Origin: Candidatus Poribacteria bacterium
GTDB lineage: Bacteria > Poribacteria > WGA-4E > GCA-2687025
Length of the DNA: 64,000 nucleotides
Direction of reading: 5' to 3'
NCBI GenBank assembly: GCA_963665845.2
Contig: OY762492.1
Span: forward strand, 1,664,001 to 1,728,000
The notes beneath the pieces were generated by a model. The model saw only the letters and a program-made list of their open reading frames with translations, made no database searches and was not told the origin of the DNA. The position numbers were made by a program, and so were the translations under genes. Shown here piece after piece: positions 20,301 through 29,340 of the stretch (the stretch's first letter is position 1; every line of letters begins with the position of its first letter).

Positions 20301-20635
20301 ACGGATGCGCCAACGCCCAGCAGATACTCGACATCTTTGAAGCCGCCGCCGTCGGCAAAACGGAACCGATACAGGACATGTGCGACCTGTTCAACATGGA
20401 AACGGAAAACGGACAGAAAATGGCGCGGTACGACGATCTGATCCAAGCCGCGGCAGACGACATCAAAACGGCGTACGCCGCCGCCATTGAAAAAAATATA
20501 GCGGGCGGCGACCGCAACTTCATGCTGCCCGTCTACGAGAACGCGCCGCGAGACCTGAACGACTTTACACTGGTCACATGGCTTGTTATACTGGACGCCG
20601 ATCATGAACGTTATGAAACGGGGTACGGCGTATGA
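17378..20635 (+). CDS. PLD-nuclease domain + SNF2-like helicase
   Basis: LHGK...VVGSSNFT (PLD), LADSVGLGKT, DESHNFR, SAT, SEGMNLQ, QRFGRIDR. Confidence 0.88.
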   Translation: MRKPVIDNQDKSDTLLDRLKPRLKGADALRVVSAYFSIYGFGALADQLRPLKETRFLYGDPGSIDDIDPGEKTDRAFYLHDERLAPTEALRQKALAEQCEKWVRQRRTKIRAIARSNFLHGKMWHIDKKDAPFAVVGSSNFTQRGLGAGAAPNIEINLAADDPQTCKELRDWFDDLWNDETKVIDVKLEVLKALRRIGREWGAESVYFKTLYALFKDDWQAIQDSDAELKSLKLTDAQIWNALYQFQKDGVHSILKSLNSHNGCLLADSVGLGKTYAALAVIKYHELRNERVLVLCPRKLREQWALYLSAAGQEGNPFLKDRFNYSLLSHTDLSRDKGIVGNIDLANFNWSSFDLVVIDESHNFRNPDGKRYQKLIKEIIKESVNTKVLMLSATPVNTSLIDLRNQIYLMTEGRDDAFAPSLNIHSLKRTLRNAQEQFNAWSPEDGKQGLLETLGADFQSILAAVTVSRSRKQIETFYRADMERVGAFPTRDDPVNLYPPTDTEKQLSYEKLAEQIEQFQLSIYTPTNYLISLARRAELDAEKKRRNFNQQDRERFLIGMIRVNFLKRLESAPHSLKLTLQRTVKKISDLIDKIDRYSGRPSSDAELNEETAPYETDVEEDDDLIVNKGKNPFKLSELDVQTWREDLVKDRDILNEALRQVAAVAPERDGKLDEIKRLIRRRAEYPSLDQNGKECRKLIVYTTFKDTALYLYRQLEPLTKELGLKMAMVAGSETHTEHGDNNFHAILNNFAPFGRKGEGAAADPDIDLLIATDCVSEGMNLQDCDRIVNYDIHWNPVRIIQRFGRIDRIGSKSRSIKMTNFWPTEDMEVYLKLESRVRSRMALADIAATGEDDPLDIQEELQLAEKELTLRYKQLRKMKEEGAYIEELDDAPAMSDFSFARFVGQLNEYLRQRQYELENMPDGAYAVVKRDEGAEPGILFFLRQTNADPENPDKSASPVAPHYAVYVQDDGTIRHGCANAQQILDIFEAAAVGKTEPIQDMCDLFNMETENGQKMARYDDLIQAAADDIKTAYAAAIEKNIAGGDRNFMLPVYENAPRDLNDFTLVTWLVILDADHERYETGYGV

Positions 20636-23600
20636 TGCGAGCCAGAATCGAGGCGGGACTGGAAAAGGCGGCGGAGGCGGACAACTTCCACGACGGAGCC
20701 AACCAGCTGCTCAAGACGCTCGGATATGAAAGCGGGCGGCGTGGGCTGACAACCTTCAAACCCAAAAAGTTTGTCGAAGAATTTCCAAATCCGCGCGGCG
20801 CCGGAACGCAAACCGAATTGAGATTTCTGAAGGAGGTACAATCGACCCGCATCCTGTTTCAAATGACCGACGACGAGGTGAACCAAGCCGCCCAGAGACG
20901 AACAGGCGAGATGACGCTATTTGAAAGCGGCGGGTCAGAGATGGACGAGTCGGTCGATAGAAGCTTCTTTTTTGCGTCGGTGGAGCTGAACGGCGAGTCG
21001 TATTCGCGCGGAAAATACGCCGAATTCACCCGCGAACTGAATAAACGGCTCCCCATCGCCACCGTCGCCCTCTTTAGAACGCAAAGCCGCCGCATCTCCA
21101 TCGCGCTAGCGGATCGCCGGGAACATAAAGCCGAGAAAGGAAGAGCCGTACTCGGGCGCGTCTCCCTCCTGCGCGAAATCGACCCCGGCAACATGCGCTC
21201 CGACGCCAACATACTGGAAGACCTGACCCTAAACAATCGAATCGAATGGATGCAAGACCTGGCGAAAAACGCCGAAAAGCGCAACTTCGACGGGCTGCGC
21301 AAAGCATGGCTCGACACGCTCGACACCGAATCGCTCAACAAGCGGTTCTATAAAGAACTGAAAGCATGGTTCGACCGCGTCGTTGAGGAGGCGACGTTCC
21401 CGACGACGAAAACGCAAACGCAGCAGGATCATGCTATCCGCCTCATCACCCGCATGCTGTTCATCTGGTTCATGAAAGAAAAGGGGCTGGTGAACAAGAA
21501 CCTGTTTAATCCAAAGCAGGTCGCGCCGCTGCTGCGGAATTGGAACATCGTCAGCGGGGATTCCTACTACCGAGCCGTCCTCCAAAATCTGTTCTTTGCG
21601 ACGCTCAACACGCCCATTGATCTGCGCGACTTCAGCAGGTTAGACAATTCGACGCGTCACATCCCGAATCCGTACAGGTATGCAGATCTGATGACCGACC
21701 CCGTCGAGCTAAGGGATCTCTTTAAGAAAACGCCCTTTATTAACGGCGGCCTCTTCGAGTGTCTTGACGATCTTGAAGGCGTCAATCCAGGCGGAAAACA
21801 GGTCGACTGCTTCACCGACGATACGGATCAACGCAAAGAGATGTCCGTTCCCGACGATACGGATCAACGCAAAGAGATGTCCGTACCCAACAGCCTCTTC
21901 TTCGACAAAAAGAACGGGCTGTTCAATCTGTTTAAAGGGTATAAGTTCACCGTCGAAGAGAACACGCCGATAGAGCAGGAGGTGGCGCTGGACCCCGAAC
22001 TGTTGGGAAACGTGTTTGAAAACCTGCTGGCGGAGATGAACCCTGAAACGCGCGACACCGCCCGTAAAATGACCGGCTCCTACTACACCCCGCGCGACGT
22101 CGTGAACTACATGACGAAAGAAGCGCTGGCGGCGGCGCTCGCCCAAAAGGTTCAGTCCGACCCCAAAAACGCCGATGACTGGGATGAAAACCTGAACGTA
22201 CTTCTAGACGACGAGAAGGCATGGGACGAAGCGGGAGATCTGTTTTCAGACGGGGAAAAGCGGCGGCTGACGGAAGGCATCGCCGACCTGAAAATACTGG
22301 ATCCTGCTGTCGGGTCCGGCGCCTTTCCGATGGCGGCGCTCCTGAAATTGACGATGGCGCTGCGACGCATAGATCCAAAGAACGAATTATGGGAGGATGT
22401 TCTGCTGAAACGCGCACGCGATCAAGCGGAGAAGGTCATCGGCCAGGAGCAAGATAACGAGCGGTACCATAAACAGATGGGGGAGATCAAGAAGACCTTT
22501 GACAGATTACGAGATTCAGATTACGGGCGGAAGCTGTTTCTCATTCAAAACAACATCTTCGGCGTCGACATTCAGCGCATCGCATGCCAGATCGCCAAGC
22601 TGCGCTTCTTCATCACCCTCGCCATCGAACAGGAATCGAACAAGGACGAGGATAATTATGGCATCAAACCGCTGCCAAACTTGGAGACCCGCTTTGTCGC
22701 CGCCGACGCGCTCCTGTCGCTCCATCCGAAATCCGATAAACCTCAGAAACTGAGATCCGAACTGACCGATCAACTTAAACAGGAAATACATGAGAACCGC
22801 CGGCGGTATTTTCTAGCCAACGAGCACGACGAAAAAAATATCCTCAAAGGCGAAAATGAGATTCTGCGGGGAAAGCTGTCGAAACAGCTGAAAACGATGA
22901 AATGGACGGACATAGCGGCGGAGCGAATCGCCAACTGGGATTCGTTCAGCCAAACAGACGACCCCGCCGACTGGTTCGACCCAGAGTATATGTTCGGCGT
23001 CCGATACGGGTTCGACGTCGTCATCGGCAACCCGCCCTATGTCCAGCTGCAGAAAAACGGCGGAGAGCTGGGGGAAAAATACCAAAACACAGGCAAAGAC
23101 CGAAAAACACGTTTTGAGACCTTCGCCCGCACAGGCGACATCTACTGCCTCTTTTATGAGCAGGCGCTGAACCTGGCGGCGGAGGGCGGATGCGCCTGCC
23201 TCATCACCTCCAATAAATGGATGCGCTCCGACTACGGCAAAAAGCTGCGCGACCTGTTCGTTGAAAAGATAAGCCCCGCCCTGCTGATCGATATGGGTCC
23301 GGGCGTTTTTGAGGCGTCGGTCGATACGAACATTCTGCTATTGAGGAAAGCCGCCCCCCTTCCCAACGCTGTCATAAACAGCGTTGAGATGAAGCCCGAC
23401 TTCAGCCGGCAGCAGGGCGGCGTCGGCGAGTATGTCCGGAAGAACGGCGTTGAGATGCCGGTTCCGGACGCTGGATATCCATGGACGATCGCCTCCGCCG
23501 TTGAGCTGAACATTCTGAAGAAGATGCGCGATGTCGGGACGCCGCTAAAGGAATGGGATGTAAACATCAATCGCGGCGTGACCATCGGATGCAATGACGC

Positions 23601-24303
23601 TTTCATCATTGACGCCGACACGCGCAGTCGTTTAGCGTTTGAAGATCCTAGATCAGACGAGATACTGAAGCAGATTCTGCGCGGACGCGACATACAAAGA
23701 TGGGTTCCAGAATGGGCAGGGCTGTGGTTGATAGATTCTCATAATGGCTTTGGCGATACGCCGCCCATCGATATGGACGACTACCCAGCTGTCAAAGCAT
23801 GGCTAGACCATTTCTACCCTAGACTTGAGAAACGTCAAGATAAAGGGAAGACTCCTTACAACCTCCGCAGCTGCGCTTACCATGAGGCTTTTTCCGAAGA
23901 GAAGCTGATGTGGAAAGATATTGCCACAAGCGGATATTTTACCTACGTCAACGTACCCATGTTTTGCAACAATACCAGTTATATTATGACCGGAACTTCG
24001 CTTAAATACCTATGCGCCGTCTTGAATTCTCGATTGGTAACGTGGTTTATGAGAAAAGCCGCTGCTGGGCTGGGACAGAAAGCGATTCGCTGGATCGCAA
24101 CGTATGTTAATCGCCTGCCCATCCCGCGTCCGCCGACGCCGGAAGTGGAGTCCGCGCTGGTTCTTTTAGTGGACGCAATCTTGTCGAAGAAGGCGTCCGA
24201 TCCAGGGGCGGATGTGTCGCGGTTGGAGGAGAAGATTGACGGCATGGTGTATGATCTTTACGGCTTGACGGAGGAGGAGCGCGCTGCCGTTTCCGGCGGC
24301 TAG
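20632..24303 (+). CDS. Type IIG/Eco57I-like N6-adenine DNA methyltransferase with C-terminal TRD
   Basis: GSYYTP, LDPAVGSGAF, IGNPPY, TaqI-C-like tail VYDLYGLTEEE. Confidence 0.88.
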   Translation: MMRARIEAGLEKAAEADNFHDGANQLLKTLGYESGRRGLTTFKPKKFVEEFPNPRGAGTQTELRFLKEVQSTRILFQMTDDEVNQAAQRRTGEMTLFESGGSEMDESVDRSFFFASVELNGESYSRGKYAEFTRELNKRLPIATVALFRTQSRRISIALADRREHKAEKGRAVLGRVSLLREIDPGNMRSDANILEDLTLNNRIEWMQDLAKNAEKRNFDGLRKAWLDTLDTESLNKRFYKELKAWFDRVVEEATFPTTKTQTQQDHAIRLITRMLFIWFMKEKGLVNKNLFNPKQVAPLLRNWNIVSGDSYYRAVLQNLFFATLNTPIDLRDFSRLDNSTRHIPNPYRYADLMTDPVELRDLFKKTPFINGGLFECLDDLEGVNPGGKQVDCFTDDTDQRKEMSVPDDTDQRKEMSVPNSLFFDKKNGLFNLFKGYKFTVEENTPIEQEVALDPELLGNVFENLLAEMNPETRDTARKMTGSYYTPRDVVNYMTKEALAAALAQKVQSDPKNADDWDENLNVLLDDEKAWDEAGDLFSDGEKRRLTEGIADLKILDPAVGSGAFPMAALLKLTMALRRIDPKNELWEDVLLKRARDQAEKVIGQEQDNERYHKQMGEIKKTFDRLRDSDYGRKLFLIQNNIFGVDIQRIACQIAKLRFFITLAIEQESNKDEDNYGIKPLPNLETRFVAADALLSLHPKSDKPQKLRSELTDQLKQEIHENRRRYFLANEHDEKNILKGENEILRGKLSKQLKTMKWTDIAAERIANWDSFSQTDDPADWFDPEYMFGVRYGFDVVIGNPPYVQLQKNGGELGEKYQNTGKDRKTRFETFARTGDIYCLFYEQALNLAAEGGCACLITSNKWMRSDYGKKLRDLFVEKISPALLIDMGPGVFEASVDTNILLLRKAAPLPNAVINSVEMKPDFSRQQGGVGEYVRKNGVEMPVPDAGYPWTIASAVELNILKKMRDVGTPLKEWDVNINRGVTIGCNDAFIIDADTRSRLAFEDPRSDEILKQILRGRDIQRWVPEWAGLWLIDSHNGFGDTPPIDMDDYPAVKAWLDHFYPRLEKRQDKGKTPYNLRSCAYHEAFSEEKLMWKDIATSGYFTYVNVPMFCNNTSYIMTGTSLKYLCAVLNSRLVTWFMRKAAAGLGQKAIRWIATYVNRLPIPRPPTPEVESALVLLVDAILSKKASDPGADVSRLEEKIDGMVYDLYGLTEEERAAVSGG
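21815..21886 (+). repeat. In-frame 36-bp tandem duplication (DDTDQRKEMSVP x2)
   Basis: Two direct copies differing at one base. Confidence 0.9.
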
Positions 24304-24337
24304 CGCCCTCCCGCGCCCGATTCCCCCCCCTTGAAAA

Positions 24338-25601
24338 GGGTACTACACGTTTGACTAGATAAGCGGATTGCGCTACACTAAAGGGAGATTGAGAAAGGAA
24401 ATTCCAATGCAGTCTACCAGTATCTACGAGATTTTTGAAAAATATCCCGATGAAAAAAGCGCCGCCCGATTCTTTGAAGAAAGCCGATGGACGAATGGCA
24501 TCTGCTGCCCCCGATGCGATTCCAAAAACATCGCCCGAGTGAAAAACGCCAAACCGATGCCGCTCAGATGCCGAACATGCCGCAAGTATTTCAGCGTCCG
24601 CACGGGAACAATCATGGAGAAAAGCAAAATCCCCCTCCATATGTGGCTTCTGGCGCTCTATTTGTTCCTGACGTTTAAGAAGGGCGTATCGAGCGTTACG
24701 ATGGGTAAGCTACTGGGCATAAGGCAGGACTCCGCATGGTCCCTAGGCCACCGCATCCGAGCCTCGATGGTAAGCGACGACGAAATGCTGAGCGGAACCG
24801 TGGAGATAGACGAGGTCTACGTCGGCGGCAAAGAGGGTAGTAAGCATCGCAGAAAAAAGCTGGGCGTCGGAAGCGGAACCCGCGGCAAGCAGACCGTGAT
24901 CGGCATGCGTCAAAGAAACGGCGAAATCCGCGCGTTTCTGCTGGACAATATGAAGATAAAAACGGTTCATGGCGCTGTAAGGGCGAATGTGGCGCCTGGG
25001 TCAACCGTTTATACCGACGCTCTCCCGACCTACAAGGGCATGGAGGAATACGCGCATGCCGCTGTCTCGCATCAGAAAGGCGAGTATGTTCGCGGCGATG
25101 TTCACACCAACAGCATCGAGTCGTTCTGGGCCGTCCTGAAACGCGGGTACCGCGGCGTTTACCATTACATGTCGTTTAAACACCTGGGTTTATACGTCAA
25201 AGAATTCGTCTACCGGTTCAATGTTGGAAACGACAACCGCATCGAAACGCTTGCCAAGATTGTTCCGCGCATGGTCGGTAAACGCCTTACTTACGCGGAT
25301 CTGGTGAAATAAAGCGGTTGCAGTTCTAAAACCTGTGAGGCAGGATACATGCAGGCATCGTGCGTATGGTTGCAGCGGTAGATTGTGCCGAATGCGCCAA
25401 AACAAGCGCGAAAGCGGAAATAACATCGGCAGTTCTAGGAGATGAAATGAAATGGGCTGGCAGTGTTGCGTCCAACGCAACGCCGCCAGCCCGAGATGAG
25501 TCGTAAGCAACGAATTACGGCAAGAAAAAACGTAAAAAAAAACGCAACGCTGAAAACAATGGCGGGGTATATGCCTCTGGCAAATCAAACGTGTAGTTCC
25601 C
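24338..25601 (+). mobile_element. Complete IS1595-family element
   Basis: 17-bp TIRs GGGTACTACACGTTTGA / TCAAACGTGTAGTTCCC (1 mismatch); 8-bp TSD CTTGAAAA at 24330-24337 and 25602-25609. Confidence 0.93.
24407..25312 (+). CDS. IS1595-family transposase
   Basis: Zn ribbon CPRC..CRTC, VEIDE, VYTD, HTNSIESFW. Confidence 0.95.
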   Translation: MQSTSIYEIFEKYPDEKSAARFFEESRWTNGICCPRCDSKNIARVKNAKPMPLRCRTCRKYFSVRTGTIMEKSKIPLHMWLLALYLFLTFKKGVSSVTMGKLLGIRQDSAWSLGHRIRASMVSDDEMLSGTVEIDEVYVGGKEGSKHRRKKLGVGSGTRGKQTVIGMRQRNGEIRAFLLDNMKIKTVHGAVRANVAPGSTVYTDALPTYKGMEEYAHAAVSHQKGEYVRGDVHTNSIESFWAVLKRGYRGVYHYMSFKHLGLYVKEFVYRFNVGNDNRIETLAKIVPRMVGKRLTYADLVK

Positions 25602-25629
25602 CTTGAAAAGGGGGGCTAGGGGGGTTTAG

Positions 25630-25689
25630 CGCGTCTACAACCCTTACGGCTTGACGCCCGACGAAATCGCCGCCATCTCCGGCGGATAA
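25630..25689 (+). pseudogene. Orphan copy of the 3' end of the type IIG-like gene
   Basis: Translates RVYNPYGLTPDEIAAISGG*. Confidence 0.75.
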
Positions 25690-25808
25690 GGCTGTCGCGC
25701 CCCATTCCGTCATTCCCGCGTAAGCGGGAATCCAGAGACGCTGCAGAAGCCGTCAGCACTCCCATGCCGACATGTCGCAACTAAACCCTTAAGGTCATCG
25801 CTTTGGAG

Positions 25809-25838
25809 TTGACACTTTGCCCGATCATACGTTATACT
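25809..25838 (+). promoter_or_regulatory. Sigma70-type promoter
   Basis: TTGACA-N18-TATACT. Confidence 0.6.
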
Positions 25839-26001
25839 ACTGTAGGAGACGATTCCAGAGGATGAATGAAGGAGGTCGAGGATGAAACGGGCACGGTTCG
25901 ATATTCGTAGACTCGAAAACAAAAGGAGATGGCGTCGTCGCCCGGCTGTCAGTGACGTACGACATCTAAATAACAGACAGCGAAGAGGAAGGAAAAGGAG
26001 C

Positions 26002-26274
26002 ATGAGCCGCAATAACAGCAGACAAACCTTGACAATTGAGCGCATTGAGCGCATTGGACGCGTTGAACGCATTGAGCGCATCGAAATCCCCCTTGGTTTC
26101 AACCCCTTTGATGAGATAACCATCAAGGCGCGCGAGGAGCCGATCATACCGTTTAAAAAACGCGAAGAGTGTTCCAAAGGTTCATTCAAAGCATGCAAGC
26201 GGTGCGAAGTCATAACTCAGATTCTCAAACTCTTGCGCTGGCTATTGATATTCTTGGGTTTCCCTTCTTGCTGA
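26002..26274 (+). CDS. Small hypothetical protein (alternative in-frame start at 25882)
   Basis: AGGAG RBS, upstream promoter, IER tripeptide repeats, Cys cluster, hydrophobic C-terminus. Confidence 0.5.
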   Translation: MSRNNSRQTLTIERIERIGRVERIERIEIPLGFNPFDEITIKAREEPIIPFKKREECSKGSFKACKRCEVITQILKLLRWLLIFLGFPSC

Positions 26275-26280
26275 ACAAGA

Positions 26281-26400
26281 TCGAAGAAAGCGTCCGATCC
26301 GTCGGCGAACGTCTCGGCGTTGGAGGCGCAGATCGACGAGCGCGTCTACGCCCTTTACGGCTTGACGGACGCGGAGCGCGCCGTCGTTTCCGTCGGCTAA
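26281..26400 (+). pseudogene. Second orphan copy of the 3' end of the type IIG-like gene
   Basis: SKKASDPSANVSALEAQIDERVYALYGLTDAERAVVSVG* versus native SKKASDPGADVSRLEEKIDGMVYDLYGLTEEERAAVSGG*. Confidence 0.85.
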
Positions 26401-26480
26401 CGCCCTCCCGCTTGACAATGCAGTACGCATCGTCTACACTTTCTGAAAGATTCGCTGGCAGGGTTGAATGGAGCGAGTAA

Positions 26481-27566
26481 ATGGCGGTTGTGGGCGTTGA
26501 GACGCTTAGCGGATGGGATAACCCCGTGGACCTGCGTTCCCTGGTCGATCCCGATCATCTGAGAAGTAAAATGTCGGGCGCCCAAACGGATAGCGCGGCA
26601 ATCGCTCTCATTCGCGGCATCGACAGCTTCGAAAAAGGCGATCTTGACGACGCGCTGGAGAAGGTGAACGCCGCCATAAAGCAGTTGCGCGATTATGCGC
26701 CGGCTTACGTTGTTCGTGGCTGGATCTACTTGTCAAAGGGCGATCTTAAGCGCGCATTGGCGGATTGCGTATCGGCGATAAAGCTGGACCCGAACGATGC
26801 GCATCCTTATTTCACCCGCGCTTGGATTCACTCGCGACAAGGCCGTTTCGACCTTTCCCTGGCAGACCTCTCAAAGGCGATAGAGAAGCAGCCTGATTTT
26901 GCAAAGGCGTATTCTATTCGCGCCGCTCTTCATAGACGCAACGGCGACCATAACGACGCGATCGCCGACCTCGACAAGGCGATAGAGCTGCAGCCTAATT
27001 ATCCGATGGCATATATCTTCCGCGCCATGGTGTGTCGGGAAATGGGCGATCTTGACAGTGGGATCGCCGACCTCAATAGGTCGATAGAGCTGAAGTCCGA
27101 TGATCCGACGGCGTATATGAACAGAGCCGCCCTGTACCGCGCAAAGGGCGACCTTGCTACAGCCCTTGCCGACATGAACAAGGCGGCGGAGCTCAACATG
27201 GACATCCCGCAGATCTTATTGCGGCGAGGGGGTCTTTACGCTGAAATGGGCGATCTCGACAGCTCCATCGCGGACTACACCAAGGCGGTTGAGCTGCAGC
27301 CCGATTTTGCGGAGGCGTATATCCATCGCGCCGAGATCTATCGGGCAATGGGAAACCCAGGGCGCGCCAACGAAGACATGGCAAAAGTCGCGCTGCTGAA
27401 TCCGCCCAACTACGCCCCATCGATCCCGCTGCCCGATCCGTACGGCAAAAAGAAGAAAATGACCATGTCCGCCGCAGGAAGCTGGAAAGGTCTCATTGAC
27501 GGCGAGAAGTTAATACGCGAAATCTATGAAGCGCGGAAAAACAGCCTTCGCGCGTATAAACCGTAG
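26481..27566 (+). CDS. TPR protein (about 8 repeats) with C-terminal VapB-like antitoxin tail
   Basis: 34-aa repeats; tail AAGSWKGLIDGEKLIREIYEAR; lies 3 nt upstream of vapC. Confidence 0.78.
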   Translation: MAVVGVETLSGWDNPVDLRSLVDPDHLRSKMSGAQTDSAAIALIRGIDSFEKGDLDDALEKVNAAIKQLRDYAPAYVVRGWIYLSKGDLKRALADCVSAIKLDPNDAHPYFTRAWIHSRQGRFDLSLADLSKAIEKQPDFAKAYSIRAALHRRNGDHNDAIADLDKAIELQPNYPMAYIFRAMVCREMGDLDSGIADLNRSIELKSDDPTAYMNRAALYRAKGDLATALADMNKAAELNMDIPQILLRRGGLYAEMGDLDSSIADYTKAVELQPDFAEAYIHRAEIYRAMGNPGRANEDMAKVALLNPPNYAPSIPLPDPYGKKKKMTMSAAGSWKGLIDGEKLIREIYEARKNSLRAYKP

Positions 27567-27569
27567 CCC

Positions 27570-27980
27570 ATGCAGTATCTGATCGATACGGATTGGGCGA
27601 TCCACTATTTAAGGGGCGCGCCGGCTGTGATTGAGCGTGTGAACGAGCTTCTGGACGACGGCATCGGAATCAGCGTCATCGCGCTTGTTGAACTTTACAG
27701 GGGCGTTCCTGCCGCACGCGATCCCCAGAGCGCTAAGCAGCATATTGAGCAGTTTGTTGCGCGCCTTGAGGTCGTCCCGCTAGACAAGCCCGCTTGCGAG
27801 ATATTTGCGAGTGAGTCCGTGAGGTTAAAATCCGCCAACAATCTCATAGACGATTATGACCTGTTGATCGGCGCGACCGCATTGAGCCGCGGCTTGACGC
27901 TGTTGACAAACAACCGCCGACACTTTAAGCGGATAGAGGGCTTGAGTATCGTTTCGGTCGATAAGCCTACCTCCTCTTGA
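27570..27980 (+). CDS. vapC: VapC PIN toxin
   Basis: YLIDTD, ELYRG, DYDLLIGATAL, LLTNNRRHFKRI. Confidence 0.92.
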   Translation: MQYLIDTDWAIHYLRGAPAVIERVNELLDDGIGISVIALVELYRGVPAARDPQSAKQHIEQFVARLEVVPLDKPACEIFASESVRLKSANNLIDDYDLLIGATALSRGLTLLTNNRRHFKRIEGLSIVSVDKPTSS

Positions 27981-28069
27981 ACGGCGCCGCCCCTCCCGCT
28001 TCTTGACAACGCATAGCCGCGTCCGGCACACTTTAGGCAGCGTCGGCAAGGTTGAATGGAGGGAGTACC

Positions 28070-28594
28070 ATGGCGGTGTCAGCATCCAAGGACGCAGAAT
28101 TCTATCTGAAACGCGGTCGGCTCTACGCCGACAAGGGCAAACTGGCGCGCGCCGCCGCAGAATACGCCAAGGCGATAAAGCTGCTACCCGACGACCCGAA
28201 GGCGTATCGTCTCCGCGCAGAGGCGTATCGGGAAAAGGGCGACCTTGACCGCGCCCTTGACGACATGAACAAGGCGGCGGAGCTCAACATCTACGATGCG
28301 CAGACATTTTTACGAAGAGGACTGCTTCACAAGGAAATGGGAAGGACAGCGGACTATGAGGAAGATTTTCGAATCGCCGTTTTGCTCAACCGCGAACTGG
28401 TCAACCATGAAACGCATGGGGCGGAGTTTGCGCGTATCCTGAAAGCTGACGAGGAAGAGGAGGCGAAATGGGAAGAGACGTTCAAGCTGCCCGAATCGCA
28501 AGCCTTCTTGAAAGAGATGGCGGAAGAGGCGTTGGAGGCGCACCGTCAGGGCAAAACGAAGCCGCTTGAGTTAGAGGATTTTGACAACGCCTAG
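28070..28594 (+). CDS. TPR-antitoxin paralog of 16518-17033, with no toxin downstream
   Basis: Same architecture; tail EAHRQGKTKPLELEDF. Confidence 0.78.
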   Translation: MAVSASKDAEFYLKRGRLYADKGKLARAAAEYAKAIKLLPDDPKAYRLRAEAYREKGDLDRALDDMNKAAELNIYDAQTFLRRGLLHKEMGRTADYEEDFRIAVLLNRELVNHETHGAEFARILKADEEEEAKWEETFKLPESQAFLKEMAEEALEAHRQGKTKPLELEDFDNA

Positions 28595-28647
28595 GCGCGT
28601 CTGGCATACTTTCGGCAGCGTCGGCAAGGTTGAATGGAGAGAGTACC

Positions 28648-29337
28648 ATGGCGGTGTCGGCATCCAAGGACGCAGAATTCTATCTGAAACGCGGTCGGCT
28701 CTACGCCGACAAGGGCAAACTGGAGCGCGCCCTCGCCGATTTTGACAAGGCGATAGAGCTGCAGCCTAATTATCCGATGGCATATATCTTCCGCGCCATG
28801 GTGTATCGGGAAATGGGCGACCTTGACAGCGGGATCGCCGACCTCGACAGGTCGATAGAGCTGCAGTCCGATGATCCGACGGCGTATATGAACAGAGCCG
28901 CCCTGTACCGCGCAAAGGGCGACCTTGCTACAGCCCTTGCCGACATGAACAAGGCGGCGGAGCTCAACATGGACATCCCGCAGATCTTATTGCGGCGGGG
29001 AGGGCTTTACGCTGAAATGGGCGATCTCGACAGCTCCATCGCGGACTACACCAAGGCGGTTGAGCTGCAGCCCGATTTTGCGGAGGCGTATATCCATCGC
29101 GCCGAGATCTATCGGGCAATGGGAAACCCTGAGCGCGCCAACGAAGACATGGCAAAAGTCGCGCTGCTGAATCCGCCCAACTACGCCCCGTCGATCCCGC
29201 TGCCCGATCCGTACGGCAAAAAGAAGAAAATGACCATGTCCGCCGCAGGAAGCTGGAAAGGTCTCATTGACGGCGAGAAGTTGATACGCGAAATCTACGA
29301 AGCGCGGAAAAACAGCCTTCGCGCGTATAAACCGTAG
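28648..29337 (+). CDS. Chimeric TPR-antitoxin (N-terminus of the 28070 type, remainder of the 26481 type)
   Basis: First ~25 aa match 28070; about 28744-29340 is near-identical to 26973-27569. Confidence 0.8.
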   Translation: MAVSASKDAEFYLKRGRLYADKGKLERALADFDKAIELQPNYPMAYIFRAMVYREMGDLDSGIADLDRSIELQSDDPTAYMNRAALYRAKGDLATALADMNKAAELNMDIPQILLRRGGLYAEMGDLDSSIADYTKAVELQPDFAEAYIHRAEIYRAMGNPERANEDMAKVALLNPPNYAPSIPLPDPYGKKKKMTMSAAGSWKGLIDGEKLIREIYEARKNSLRAYKP

Positions 29338-29340
29338 CCC

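Noticed and set aside
14617-29340. Diversity-generating retroelement (Avd-like gene plus near-identical repeats)
   Set aside because: No reverse transcriptase in the window, and the differences between duplicated segments are not confined to adenines.
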